From a bacterium (GTDB lineage Archaea > Thermoplasmatota > E2 > JACPAO01 > JAHFTW01): a stretch of 45,731 bases of DNA. The notes beneath the pieces were generated by a model, which saw only the letters and a list, made by a program, of their open reading frames with translations, searched no databases and was not told where the DNA came from. The position numbers and the translations under genes were made by a program. The stretch spans positions 1 to 45,731 of the forward strand of contig JAZJZE010000013.1 in assembly GCA_040390065.1 (NCBI GenBank). Direction: 5' to 3'. Below, in pieces: positions 1-8,493 of the stretch (position 1 is its first letter; each line of letters opens with the position of its first letter).

Positions 1-157
1 GCCCTCCTTGCAAACCGGCGCGCGCAGGCTTCCTGGAAGTTATGAAACAGCCTCTGGGCTGCATTCCCCAGAATCGCCGTCGAGGTTCCCCGAAATCCGG
101 GGCCTCCCACACTGAGCCATCGGCAACGACGGCGACGCATCTCAGTCCGCGACGATC

Positions 158-874
158 CTACGGTGCTCGCTGCAGCCCTTCAATCCGCGCCGTCGCATAC
201 AGTGGCGCTCCATAGAGCAATTCGATTGTCGGCGAGTCGAGGCGGGCCGACGTGACGGCGCCCACGGGGAGGCCGACGAGGCCGGATCGCAGTGGGGCAA
301 AGAGCGCCTTGGCTTGCGGCGGAAGGACCAGCGTGCCTGCAGGCGCGGAGCCGTTGCCGACATACCACGGCGCCGACGGGAACACGGCGGGGTCGGCGGC
401 CAATTCCCAGCGCGTCGCGTTCGCAGGGTCGTTGTGGAACTTCAGGCGGCCTTCGCTGGTGAAGATGAAGGCGTGCACGCGCACCACGTCGTAGCCGTCG
501 ACGCCGAAGCGCGGGCCGCCGGCACCGCGGGACACGGCGTGAGAGTACAAGGGAATCGAGGCGCCAGATTGCCAGCAGAATTCCACGTTTGTGCTGCTCG
601 GGCAGGGCGAGGTGGGCGTGAAGGCGCCATCGCCGTACGTACCGGGCACGACGTCGACGACGTGCGACGCGATGTGCAGCAGGGTAACGCGGCCGGCCGG
701 CATGTCGGGTGCGGGGAGCACGGGCACGGCGGCGACCCAGGCCTTGGCGGCATCGGATTGCGGTGTCGACACCGGCGTCTCCGTCGAAGCATGGTGCGCT
801 GGGAGGAACACGGCGGCCGCAGCGACGGCGACCAGGCCAAGCACGATGGGGATGGCCCACTCGTTCTTCGCCAT
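158..874 (-). CDS. Membrane-anchored hypothetical protein, possible degenerate FKBP-like C-terminal domain
   Basis: ATG at 874 overlaps the upstream stop (TGATG). N-terminal hydrophobic segment WAIPIVLGLVAVAAAAVF. DVVRVH...EGR and LRSGLVGLPVG...YG are reminiscent of FKBP motifs. Confidence 0.6.
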   Translation of the reverse strand: MAKNEWAIPIVLGLVAVAAAAVFLPAHHASTETPVSTPQSDAAKAWVAAVPVLPAPDMPAGRVTLLHIASHVVDVVPGTYGDGAFTPTSPCPSSTNVEFCWQSGASIPLYSHAVSRGAGGPRFGVDGYDVVRVHAFIFTSEGRLKFHNDPANATRWELAADPAVFPSAPWYVGNGSAPAGTLVLPPQAKALFAPLRSGLVGLPVGAVTSARLDSPTIELLYGAPLYATARIEGLQRAP

Positions 875-1704
875 CAGTCCGCGCCGCCGACGGTCGGCTC
901 GGGGGCGCGTTCGGCTTCCTCGGGGTCGCTGGGCACGCCGGAGGTGGCGGAGAGTTCGTCGGACGTCGCCTTCTCGCCCGCCTTGAGCGTGCGGATCTTC
1001 TTCACCGGCACGCCGCCGTAGACCGAGTTCGCATCCAGCGTCATGCCCTTGGGGACAAGACTCATCGCGCCGACGTGGCAATTGTCGCCCATGGTGACAC
1101 CGGGGAAGATGTTGGCGTACTGGCCGACGGTGCAGTGGGCGCCGATGCGGATGGGTTGCCGCACGAGTTTGCCGCGCTCACCGACGTGGCCGAGGATGGA
1201 GGCGTTGGCGCCGATGATGGTGCGGTCGCCAATCGTGATGATGTCGAGGTCGTAGATGTGCTGCGTGTTCACGACCGCGTCGCGCCCGATCTTGGCGCCC
1301 ATCCAGCGCAGGTAGACTGGGTACATGCTGATGAGGCGCGCAAAGCGGCCGAAGACGGTGTTGAACATGAACAGCATGCCGTTGTAGTTGTACCACGGCC
1401 AGATCTTGAACGAGTAGACCGAGACCTCGCCGAGGTGCGGCTTGAAGCGGAAGATGAATTTCACCAAGGGCAGCACGACCATGAGGGCGATGCCGAAGAC
1501 GAAGAAGCCGAGGATGCTGAAGTAGATGCCAACCAGGGTGTCGAAGACCAAGTGGCCGTAATGGGACGACGGCCACACGTCCAATCCCCAGCCCCAACTG
1601 GCAAGCAGGAAGCCGGGCAGGGCCGCGACGGCCATCATGGCGCCGAGCGTCACGTAGGAGTAGACCCAGATGAGGTTCGCCGCGACCTTGATGGCTCGCA
1701 CCAT
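874..1704 (-). CDS. Hexapeptide-repeat (left-handed beta-helix) acyltransferase with N-terminal TM helices
   Basis: Repeats GAKIG, ITIGDRTIIG, IRIGAHCTVG, VTMGDNCHVG and C-terminal GGVPVKKI. Two N-terminal hydrophobic segments. Confidence 0.85.
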   Translation of the reverse strand: MVRAIKVAANLIWVYSYVTLGAMMAVAALPGFLLASWGWGLDVWPSSHYGHLVFDTLVGIYFSILGFFVFGIALMVVLPLVKFIFRFKPHLGEVSVYSFKIWPWYNYNGMLFMFNTVFGRFARLISMYPVYLRWMGAKIGRDAVVNTQHIYDLDIITIGDRTIIGANASILGHVGERGKLVRQPIRIGAHCTVGQYANIFPGVTMGDNCHVGAMSLVPKGMTLDANSVYGGVPVKKIRTLKAGEKATSDELSATSGVPSDPEEAERAPEPTVGGAD

Positions 1705-1783
1705 GGACGGCGACGCGATGTGGCCTGCCCCACTTCAACCCCGAGGCCGTCAACTTGAAAGGCCGCCCCGCCGTCGAACGCGT

Positions 1784-2827
1784 GTGCGTCCCCTGGTGGC
1801 CCTTGCGGGGGCCCTTCTCGTCCTGCTTGCCATCTCGGGCTGTTCTCAGCCCCCGACCACGCCGCCGCCAGCCCCCCCGAGCGCGCCGGCAACACTCCTC
1901 GAGCGCGTCGCCGAGCACGCGGGCAACGTCACGGTGGACGGCAAGGCTGCCGCCGACTGGTGGGCCGCATGGGTGCAGGCGCATCCCGAGAGGCTCCCCG
2001 CCACGCCGCGCAACGCCGAAGCCCGCGACGCCATCGTGGCCGAGCTGCGAGCGGCCGGCCTGTACGTCGAGATCCACAGGTACCCGGTCGGCACAGGTCC
2101 CCTGCGCGCGCCGCCGCAGGTGCCGTTGACCGTCAGCGCCGTCGTGGCCTACCACAATGGCACGGGCCAGCCCGACCACGTCATCGCGCTCACCAGCCAC
2201 TACGACACCATGGCCGGCACCCTGTACGGCGCCTACGACAACGGCTCCGGAACGGCCGCCGACCTGGCCGTCTGCAAGGCCTTGGCCGCCCGGCCCATGA
2301 ACAAGACGCTGGCGTGCATCTTCTTCGACGGCGAGGAGGAAGGCACCCTCGCTTCGCGCGAGTTTGCCAAAGAGGTCGCCGGCGCGTCTGGGCAAGTTCA
2401 CTATGACGTCGTTCTGGGCTTCGACATGACAGGCATCAACTGGCCCGGCTACCCCGCGTGGAAGTTGTACGCCTGGGTCGGCGACGAGTTCGCCCAGCCT
2501 ATCTTCCCCTTCGTCAATGGGACCCTCCACAAAGTCCTCGGATATCCCGACGCGGGGGCGCAAGCGTTCCCCTTCAACGACCGCAACTCGGACGAGGCGA
2601 GCTTCAAGGCCATCCACGTCCCGACCGTCCGCTTCGCCGGCGGCCGCACCGCCTCCACGTACCCGCAGTACCACATGCCACAGGATACCGTGGATTTCGT
2701 CGACCAGTTCGTCGGCGGCCGTGCCAACTTCGAGGCGGGCCTGGGCGCCATCATCCGAACGGCGGTGCAACTGGGCCTGGAGTTCGACCAGGTGAGCCTC
2801 GCCGACCTGACGGCGGAGTACGCGTAG
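1784..2827 (+). CDS. M28-family zinc metallopeptidase, probable lipoprotein
   Basis: Motifs SHYD, YDNGSG, DGEEEG, FDM, QYH. Lipobox LAISG-C. GTG at 1784 chosen, ~25 nt after TTGAAA. Confidence 0.88.
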   Translation: MRPLVALAGALLVLLAISGCSQPPTTPPPAPPSAPATLLERVAEHAGNVTVDGKAAADWWAAWVQAHPERLPATPRNAEARDAIVAELRAAGLYVEIHRYPVGTGPLRAPPQVPLTVSAVVAYHNGTGQPDHVIALTSHYDTMAGTLYGAYDNGSGTAADLAVCKALAARPMNKTLACIFFDGEEEGTLASREFAKEVAGASGQVHYDVVLGFDMTGINWPGYPAWKLYAWVGDEFAQPIFPFVNGTLHKVLGYPDAGAQAFPFNDRNSDEASFKAIHVPTVRFAGGRTASTYPQYHMPQDTVDFVDQFVGGRANFEAGLGAIIRTAVQLGLEFDQVSLADLTAEYA

Positions 2828-2829
2828 CC

Positions 2830-3156
2830 CTACGCTTCAGCCCAGGTCTCGGCGTCCGGCGTTTCCCGGGAGCGTCGCAGCGCCGGCAGCGCCACGACGA
2901 GGGCCGCGAGAACTGCAATGGCGATGGCTGGCACGCGTAGCAGCACGGCAAAGGCGTCCGTCCACGTGATCGCCAACTGCGTATCCTCACATTGGGCGAG
3001 CGTGCCGCGCCCCGTCTGACCGGTCGCGAGGTCGTGGCAGCCCTCCAAGTCGTACGTGGCATGGAAGCCACTGGACAAGGCCTCGATGGCTGCCGACACC
3101 GCGAACAGGACGATGGCCCATACCGCGAGGCGCCAGAAGCGCCGCGGCAGGTCCAT
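2830..3156 (-). CDS. Small two-TM hypothetical protein
   Basis: Starts MDLPRRFW, 2 nt after the upstream stop. Two hydrophobic helices flank a loop with a Cys pair. Confidence 0.6.
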   Translation of the reverse strand: MDLPRRFWRLAVWAIVLFAVSAAIEALSSGFHATYDLEGCHDLATGQTGRGTLAQCEDTQLAITWTDAFAVLLRVPAIAIAVLAALVVALPALRRSRETPDAETWAEA

Positions 3157-3158
3157 GC

Positions 3159-3827
3159 CTACGCCTCGACTGTCGCTGGAACCGGGACGGGGACGGGCTC
3201 GCGCTTGGCGGCGGCCTTCGGCAGCTGCGGCCACTCGAGGCGTTCACGGAACGGCCGGGCGGCCACCAGGAGGAGGGGCGGGTACAGAAGCTGTACCCAG
3301 TTGAGAATCGCCACGATGGGGCCGGGCGTGCCGATGCCGCCCGCGGACAGGCTGTCGGCAAAGACGATGAAGGCCATGACGCCGACCATGCCGAGGAGCA
3401 TGAACGTCTGGTCCGCGCCGGACGCGAACACACCGGCCCGGGTGGCGTCGAGGTGCGCCTTCAGCCGCACGATGCACAGCACGATGCTCGCGGCAAACAG
3501 CGCGGAGAAGACGCTGAGGCCGATGTTGGGCGCGCCTTGCACGAAGGAGCCCGCCGCGGCGCACACGACAAGGATGACGAGGAGGTAGATTGGGCGTTCC
3601 AGGAGCCACTGCCGCGCGGTCATGCGCTCCGTCGGCGGCACCCGCAGCGCGCCCGTCGTAAGGACGAGCAGGAGTCCGGCCGTGGCGAGGAGGGCGACGA
3701 CAATCGAGATCGGGTCGGTCATGCCGCCGGCGAGAAGCATGAGGCCGCCTCCAGGCCAGTACGCCGCCCACGTCCACATGGAGAACTTCATCGCGCTGCG
3801 CAGGCCCTCAAGAGTGGAGTCTCCCAT
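3159..3827 (-). CDS. Multi-pass membrane hypothetical protein
   Basis: About 6 hydrophobic segments. Start chosen at MGDSTLEG, preceded by AGGTG; 3902 is an alternative. Confidence 0.7.
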   Translation of the reverse strand: MGDSTLEGLRSAMKFSMWTWAAYWPGGGLMLLAGGMTDPISIVVALLATAGLLLVLTTGALRVPPTERMTARQWLLERPIYLLVILVVCAAAGSFVQGAPNIGLSVFSALFAASIVLCIVRLKAHLDATRAGVFASGADQTFMLLGMVGVMAFIVFADSLSAGGIGTPGPIVAILNWVQLLYPPLLLVAARPFRERLEWPQLPKAAAKREPVPVPVPATVEA

Positions 3828-3930
3828 CGTTGCACCTGGAGGGGGAAGCCGCTGGCTTGGGTATACGAACTTGTTGGCGAGGTCGCTTGAGATTAGGCTC
3901 ATGCCCCAACTGTTGGTGCCGGGGCGACCT

Positions 3931-5763
3931 CTAGCCCTTCGTCTCGTACAGGCGAACGAGTTCCTTGACCGTGGTCGCTTGCGCCGGTGACTTGTCCGTG
4001 CGCCACCGTCCGGTAAAGCGCGGGAAACGCGCCGCCAGGCCTGCCTCCGGCTTGAGCACGCCCCACGCTGCGCGGTGCACGGGGGACAGCGTCAGTTCGG
4101 CGGCCTGCACCTCCATGACGATGGCGGGCTCGAACCAGACGTCAGGCTCCAGTCCCGAATCGACGCGGGCCGGCGCCTTGGCCGACACGTGGCTGGCAAA
4201 GCGCCCCTTCAGGCTCTCGAGTGTCACGTCGTCGAAGCCCGTGCCGAGCTTGCACACGGAGACGAAGCGGCCGGACTCCTCGTCCCGAGCCGCCATGAGC
4301 AGGGCACCGTACCACCCGGCGCGCCGGCCCCGGCCATGGAACGCGCCGATGGCCACGAGGTCCATCGTGTCGACGAGAGCCTGCGTGTAGTCGGTCTTGA
4401 ACTTGATCCAGGCAAATCCCCGCGAGCCCGCCTTGTACGGGGCCTCGGGGTCCTTGCACATGATGCCCTCCGCGCCTTCCTCGACGGCTTGGTCGAAGAA
4501 GGCCTCCATCGACTCGACGGCCGTGGCGGTGTGACTTGTGCTCAAACGGATGGGGGCATCCGGGTCCTTGACGAGGCCGGCAAGGCGCTCGCGCCGTTGG
4601 GCCAGCGGTTCGTCCATGACGCTTGCGCCATCCATGGCGAGGCAGTCGAACAGCACGAGCGTGATCGGGATCTCCTTCGCCATGGCAGCCAGATCCGTCT
4701 TGCGACCGCGCCGGCGGCTCACTTCCTGGAACGGTCGCAGCCGGCCCGCCTCATCCAGCGCGACGCCCTCTCCCTCGACGATGCAGGCCTTCCCCTTGAA
4801 GTGGCTGCGCAGGTTCGCCGCAACGTCGGGGAACTGGTCGGTCAGGTTCTCCAGCCGCCGCGAGAAGAGGCGGACAGGCGCCTTCGGGTCGGCGGGGACG
4901 TGGGCCTGCATGCGCAACCCGTCGTACTTGTATTCCATGAGGACCCGGCCGCGCATCTTCTCGAGGATCTCCGGCAGGGTCTTGAGACGCTCCGCAGCCA
5001 TCGGCCGCACAGGCACACCCGCCACGATGCCGAGCTTGTCGACGGCCGCCATGCCGCCCTTTGCCAGGGTCGCCGCGACGACAGCGAGGTCGCTGCGCAG
5101 GTCGTACGCGTGTTCAAGGCGGGCGCGCACGGATTCCTGCTCGGCGCGTTCGTCCTCCGTCATGTCCTGCACGCTGCGGACACCGCGGCCCACATGCGCT
5201 GCCGTCATGGCGTCGAGGAACGTCATGTCGGCGACGCCAAGGCGCAGGCGTCCGGCGACGGTCCGCGTGATGAAGCGCGCCTCGAGGGGCCCGGCGTCGA
5301 GCAGCAGCTTGGAGAGGAGCCGTTGCTTCGCCTCCTGCGAACCCGCGCCCGTCGTGCGCGCGATGGCCTGCAGGGTTGCGAAGACGTCGGCGACGGTCAA
5401 CTCGGAGGGACCGAACAGGCTCGCCTGCTTGCGGCCGCGCTGCCCAAGGACGGCTTCCGCAAGCAGGCCCAAGTCGCCCTTTGCGCGGTACTCGGCCTCC
5501 AGGCGCCCGAGCGTCTCGTCCGATTTCGTGGAGCCGCCGGATGCGATGGCGAGCGCCTTGAGGATCTGCTTCTCCGCCAAGCCGACCTCGAGGCCCTCCC
5601 AGTCGGGGGCGACGGCGCCCTGTACCAGGCGCACGACGGCCTCCACGTCGGGCCCTTTCACCTCGGCAAGGAGTTCGGCGAGGATGCGCGTCATGTCGAG
5701 GCGCCCCGGCGTGCCCTCCAGCCGTTCGCAGAATTGCGCGAAGCGGGAGTATCCGAGAGCCAC
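3931..5763 (-). CDS. lig: ATP-dependent DNA ligase (archaeal type)
   Basis: Motif I EYKYDGLR, EGE, LFD, EGIMCK, WIKFK, GTGF, RFPRF. GTG start at 5763 inferred. Confidence 0.97.
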   Translation of the reverse strand: MALGYSRFAQFCERLEGTPGRLDMTRILAELLAEVKGPDVEAVVRLVQGAVAPDWEGLEVGLAEKQILKALAIASGGSTKSDETLGRLEAEYRAKGDLGLLAEAVLGQRGRKQASLFGPSELTVADVFATLQAIARTTGAGSQEAKQRLLSKLLLDAGPLEARFITRTVAGRLRLGVADMTFLDAMTAAHVGRGVRSVQDMTEDERAEQESVRARLEHAYDLRSDLAVVAATLAKGGMAAVDKLGIVAGVPVRPMAAERLKTLPEILEKMRGRVLMEYKYDGLRMQAHVPADPKAPVRLFSRRLENLTDQFPDVAANLRSHFKGKACIVEGEGVALDEAGRLRPFQEVSRRRGRKTDLAAMAKEIPITLVLFDCLAMDGASVMDEPLAQRRERLAGLVKDPDAPIRLSTSHTATAVESMEAFFDQAVEEGAEGIMCKDPEAPYKAGSRGFAWIKFKTDYTQALVDTMDLVAIGAFHGRGRRAGWYGALLMAARDEESGRFVSVCKLGTGFDDVTLESLKGRFASHVSAKAPARVDSGLEPDVWFEPAIVMEVQAAELTLSPVHRAAWGVLKPEAGLAARFPRFTGRWRTDKSPAQATTVKELVRLYETKG

Positions 5764-5837
5764 GGTGTAGCCAGGCGCGGCGCCCGGAAAAAGGGCCCGG
5801 GCGGCAGCGCCATCAAGCCGTGCGGGCATGGCCGTTC

Positions 5838-6329
5838 GTGAAGCGCCTCATCGCCCTCGTGGCCGTCCTCCTTGCCGGCTGCGGCTCCGCGCCGGCTGCG
5901 CCCCATGAGGGCCCCTACGACCACGCCGCGCTCGCCATGTCCCTCGAGGTAGGGATCGATGCGCCGTCGTCGGGTTCGGCCGGCTACCGCCTCGACGTGA
6001 CCGTGCGCGCCCTGTCCGGCGACCGCTCCGAGGCGTACGCGTGGGATGGAAACCTGACCTTCCACTTCGTGCCGGCGGATGTACGCAATCCGAAGGGCCT
6101 CGTCACGTGCCACGCTGCATCGTCGTTCGACGTGACGCGTGCGGTGCGCCTGGCCGCATTCCGCAACGACCTCGGCGCAGGCGACCACTGGACGCTGCCG
6201 CTGGCCATCCAGGATTCCCGCTTCGGCGACGGCCACTATGCGGTCACCGTCACCGCCGCCTTCGACCACGCGGCCACGCCTCGCCAGGTCAAGGCCGAAT
6301 TCACGCACTGCCCGCCGCCCGCCGCCTGA
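5838..6329 (+). CDS. Hypothetical lipoprotein
   Basis: GTG start, KRLIALVAVLLAG-C lipobox, beta-rich mature domain. Confidence 0.65.
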   Translation: MKRLIALVAVLLAGCGSAPAAPHEGPYDHAALAMSLEVGIDAPSSGSAGYRLDVTVRALSGDRSEAYAWDGNLTFHFVPADVRNPKGLVTCHAASSFDVTRAVRLAAFRNDLGAGDHWTLPLAIQDSRFGDGHYAVTVTAAFDHAATPRQVKAEFTHCPPPAA

Positions 6330-6339
6330 CCGGCCACGC

Positions 6340-6345
6340 TTATAC
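6340..6345 (+). promoter_or_regulatory. Putative TATA box of coaBC-pok
   Basis: TTATAC ending ~22 nt before GTG 6368, in an otherwise GC-rich context. Confidence 0.55.
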
Positions 6346-6367
6346 CCTGGAGGGCGCTGGAACGGCC

Positions 6368-7627
6368 GTGCATCCGAGCGCCAACATCCGGGCCACGGCG
6401 TCGCGCCACCTTTCTGGGCGCACCATCGTCCTTGCCGTGACGGGCTCGATTGCCGCGGTCAAGACCGTCGAACTGGCCAGGGAACTCCTGCGTCACGGCG
6501 CCGACGTCGTCCCCGTCATGAGCGACGCTGCGACGCGCATCCTGCACCCGGACGCCCTCGAATTCGCTACTGGCCACAAGCCCATCACCAAGCTGACCGG
6601 TGCAACGGAACACATCTCCATCCTCGGCGACGTGCCGGGCCGCGCCGACCTCCTGCTTGTGGCTCCGGCCACCGCCAACACCGTGAGCAAGATGGCCTTG
6701 GGCATCGACGACACGCCGGTCACGACGTTTGCCACCGTGGCCTTTGGCGGGGGCGTCCCCGTCGTCGTGGCCCCGGCCATGCATGAAGGCATGCTCGCCC
6801 ACCCGCTCATGGCCGCGCACGCACGCACCTTGCGTGACAAGCTCGGCGTCACGTGGGTCGAGCCGACGCACGACGAGAAGAAGGCCAAGCTCGCCGACGT
6901 CGAAGCCATCGTCGAGGCCGTCATCCACCGCCTCGCCAACGACTCGCGCCGGCCCGGACCGCTTGCGGGCCAACACGTCCTCGTCATCTCCGGTTCGACG
7001 GCCGAGCCCCTCGACCCGGTGCGCATCGTCGCCAACCGCTCCTCCGGCCGCAGCGGCCACGTGATCGCCACGGAGTTGCACCGCCTCGGCGCTGCCGTCG
7101 ACCTCTGGGAAGGCCACGTCACCGAGGCGGCGCCGAGCCACCTTGCAGGCTCCACGACGCGCTTTGACACGCACGCGGACCTCATGGCCTTGGTCAAGCG
7201 CACGGCTCTTGGCCGCTTCGACGAGGTCTGGATGCCGGCCGCCATCGGGGACTACACGCCGCAGGCGGCCAAGCACAAGATCGCAAGCGGCAAGGGTCCC
7301 ATCGCAGTCACGATGAAGCCACTGGGCAAGGTCATCGACGCCGTGCGGCGCAAGGCACCGAAGGCGGTCCTTGTCGGCTTCAAGGCCGAATCCGAGCGGG
7401 CGAGTCTCTTGCCCCGGGCCCGCGAACGGCTTACGCGCTACAAGGCGCAGTTCATCGTCGCCAACGCAAGCGACGCCTTCGGGGCGGCCACTTCCACCGT
7501 CCACCTCATTGGCGCTGGCGGTGAAGCCTCGACGTTCTCCGGCCCGAAGGAGGAGACCCTTGCCGCCGTCGTGCAGGCCGTGGCGTCCTCGCAGGTCGCG
7601 GCGCGCGGCAGGCGGAAGGCACGGTGA
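6368..7627 (+). CDS. coaBC: Bifunctional phosphopantothenoylcysteine decarboxylase / phosphopantothenate-cysteine ligase
   Basis: Archaeal-type start (V)HPS, TGSIAAVK, APATANT, PAMH, DPVRIVANRSSG, VGFKAE. Confidence 0.96.
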   Translation: MHPSANIRATASRHLSGRTIVLAVTGSIAAVKTVELARELLRHGADVVPVMSDAATRILHPDALEFATGHKPITKLTGATEHISILGDVPGRADLLLVAPATANTVSKMALGIDDTPVTTFATVAFGGGVPVVVAPAMHEGMLAHPLMAAHARTLRDKLGVTWVEPTHDEKKAKLADVEAIVEAVIHRLANDSRRPGPLAGQHVLVISGSTAEPLDPVRIVANRSSGRSGHVIATELHRLGAAVDLWEGHVTEAAPSHLAGSTTRFDTHADLMALVKRTALGRFDEVWMPAAIGDYTPQAAKHKIASGKGPIAVTMKPLGKVIDAVRRKAPKAVLVGFKAESERASLLPRARERLTRYKAQFIVANASDAFGAATSTVHLIGAGGEASTFSGPKEETLAAVVQAVASSQVAARGRRKAR

Positions 7628-8493
7628 AGGCGAGCGCCGCGTTTGCGCCGGGCCACGTGTCGGGCCTGTTTGCCGTCCACGACGAGTGGGCCAACGCGTT
7701 GGCGAAGGGCTCGCGCGGCGCCGGTTGGTCCCTGGACAAAGGAGCGACGGCGCTCGCTCGTCCGGGTTCGGGCCAATGGTCCGTCGATGGCGTCGCCCAC
7801 GCGCCGGTCACGCGCCGCGCCCTCGACTTGCTCGACCCGCGGACGCGCGAACTGGACATCCGCGTCCGCTTGGCGCTCCCTGTGTCTCAGGGCTTTGGCA
7901 TGAGCGCCGCCGGCAGCCTGGCTGCGTGCCTGGCGGCGGCGGACCAGCTCGGCCTCGACGGGGCTGCCGCCCTGGCCGCGACGCACCAGGCCGAGGTGGA
8001 GTCCGGCACCGGCCTGGGCGACGCAATCGGTTCGTGGCTTGGCGGCGTGGAGGTCCGCGTGGCGCCGGGCATCCCGCCCCACGGCGGCGCGGTCCAGGTC
8101 GCCGCGGCAGCCGACTTCCTCTTCTGCGTGTTGGGTGACGCCATCGCGACGCCGGCCGTCATCCGTGATGACGCGTGGAAACGCAGGACGCGTGCCGCCG
8201 GCGACGGCGCCGTCGACCGCATCCTTGCCGCCGGCAAGCAAGCCGCCTGGCCGGCAATCCTTGCGGAGTCACACGCCTTCAGCCTTGCCTTGGGCCTCAT
8301 GCCGGCAACGATGCGACGCGTGGGCGAACGACTGCCGTCCGGCGTGTCCTGGGGCCAATGCATGCTCGGCAACACGTTGTGGGCGACGGGGCCGGCAAGT
8401 GGCCTCGCCGATGCACGGCCCATCCTGGCCGCCGCCGGCTCGGTGCTGGACGCCGCCATCGACCCGCACGGCGCGCGACTCGTCAGGCCTTGA
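7624..8493 (+). CDS. pok: Pantoate kinase (GHMP kinase)
   Basis: AFAPGHVSGLF, GSRGAG, PVSQGFGMSAA, AEVESGTGLGD, MLGNT. GTGA overlap with coaBC. Confidence 0.9.
   Translation: MKASAAFAPGHVSGLFAVHDEWANALAKGSRGAGWSLDKGATALARPGSGQWSVDGVAHAPVTRRALDLLDPRTRELDIRVRLALPVSQGFGMSAAGSLAACLAAADQLGLDGAAALAATHQAEVESGTGLGDAIGSWLGGVEVRVAPGIPPHGGAVQVAAAADFLFCVLGDAIATPAVIRDDAWKRRTRAAGDGAVDRILAAGKQAAWPAILAESHAFSLALGLMPATMRRVGERLPSGVSWGQCMLGNTLWATGPASGLADARPILAAAGSVLDAAIDPHGARLVRP

Noticed and set aside
6368-6900. No cysteine in the CoaC substrate-clamp region
   Set aside because: As I recall, archaeal CoaC domains have a shortened clamp lacking this Cys, so it is not novel.
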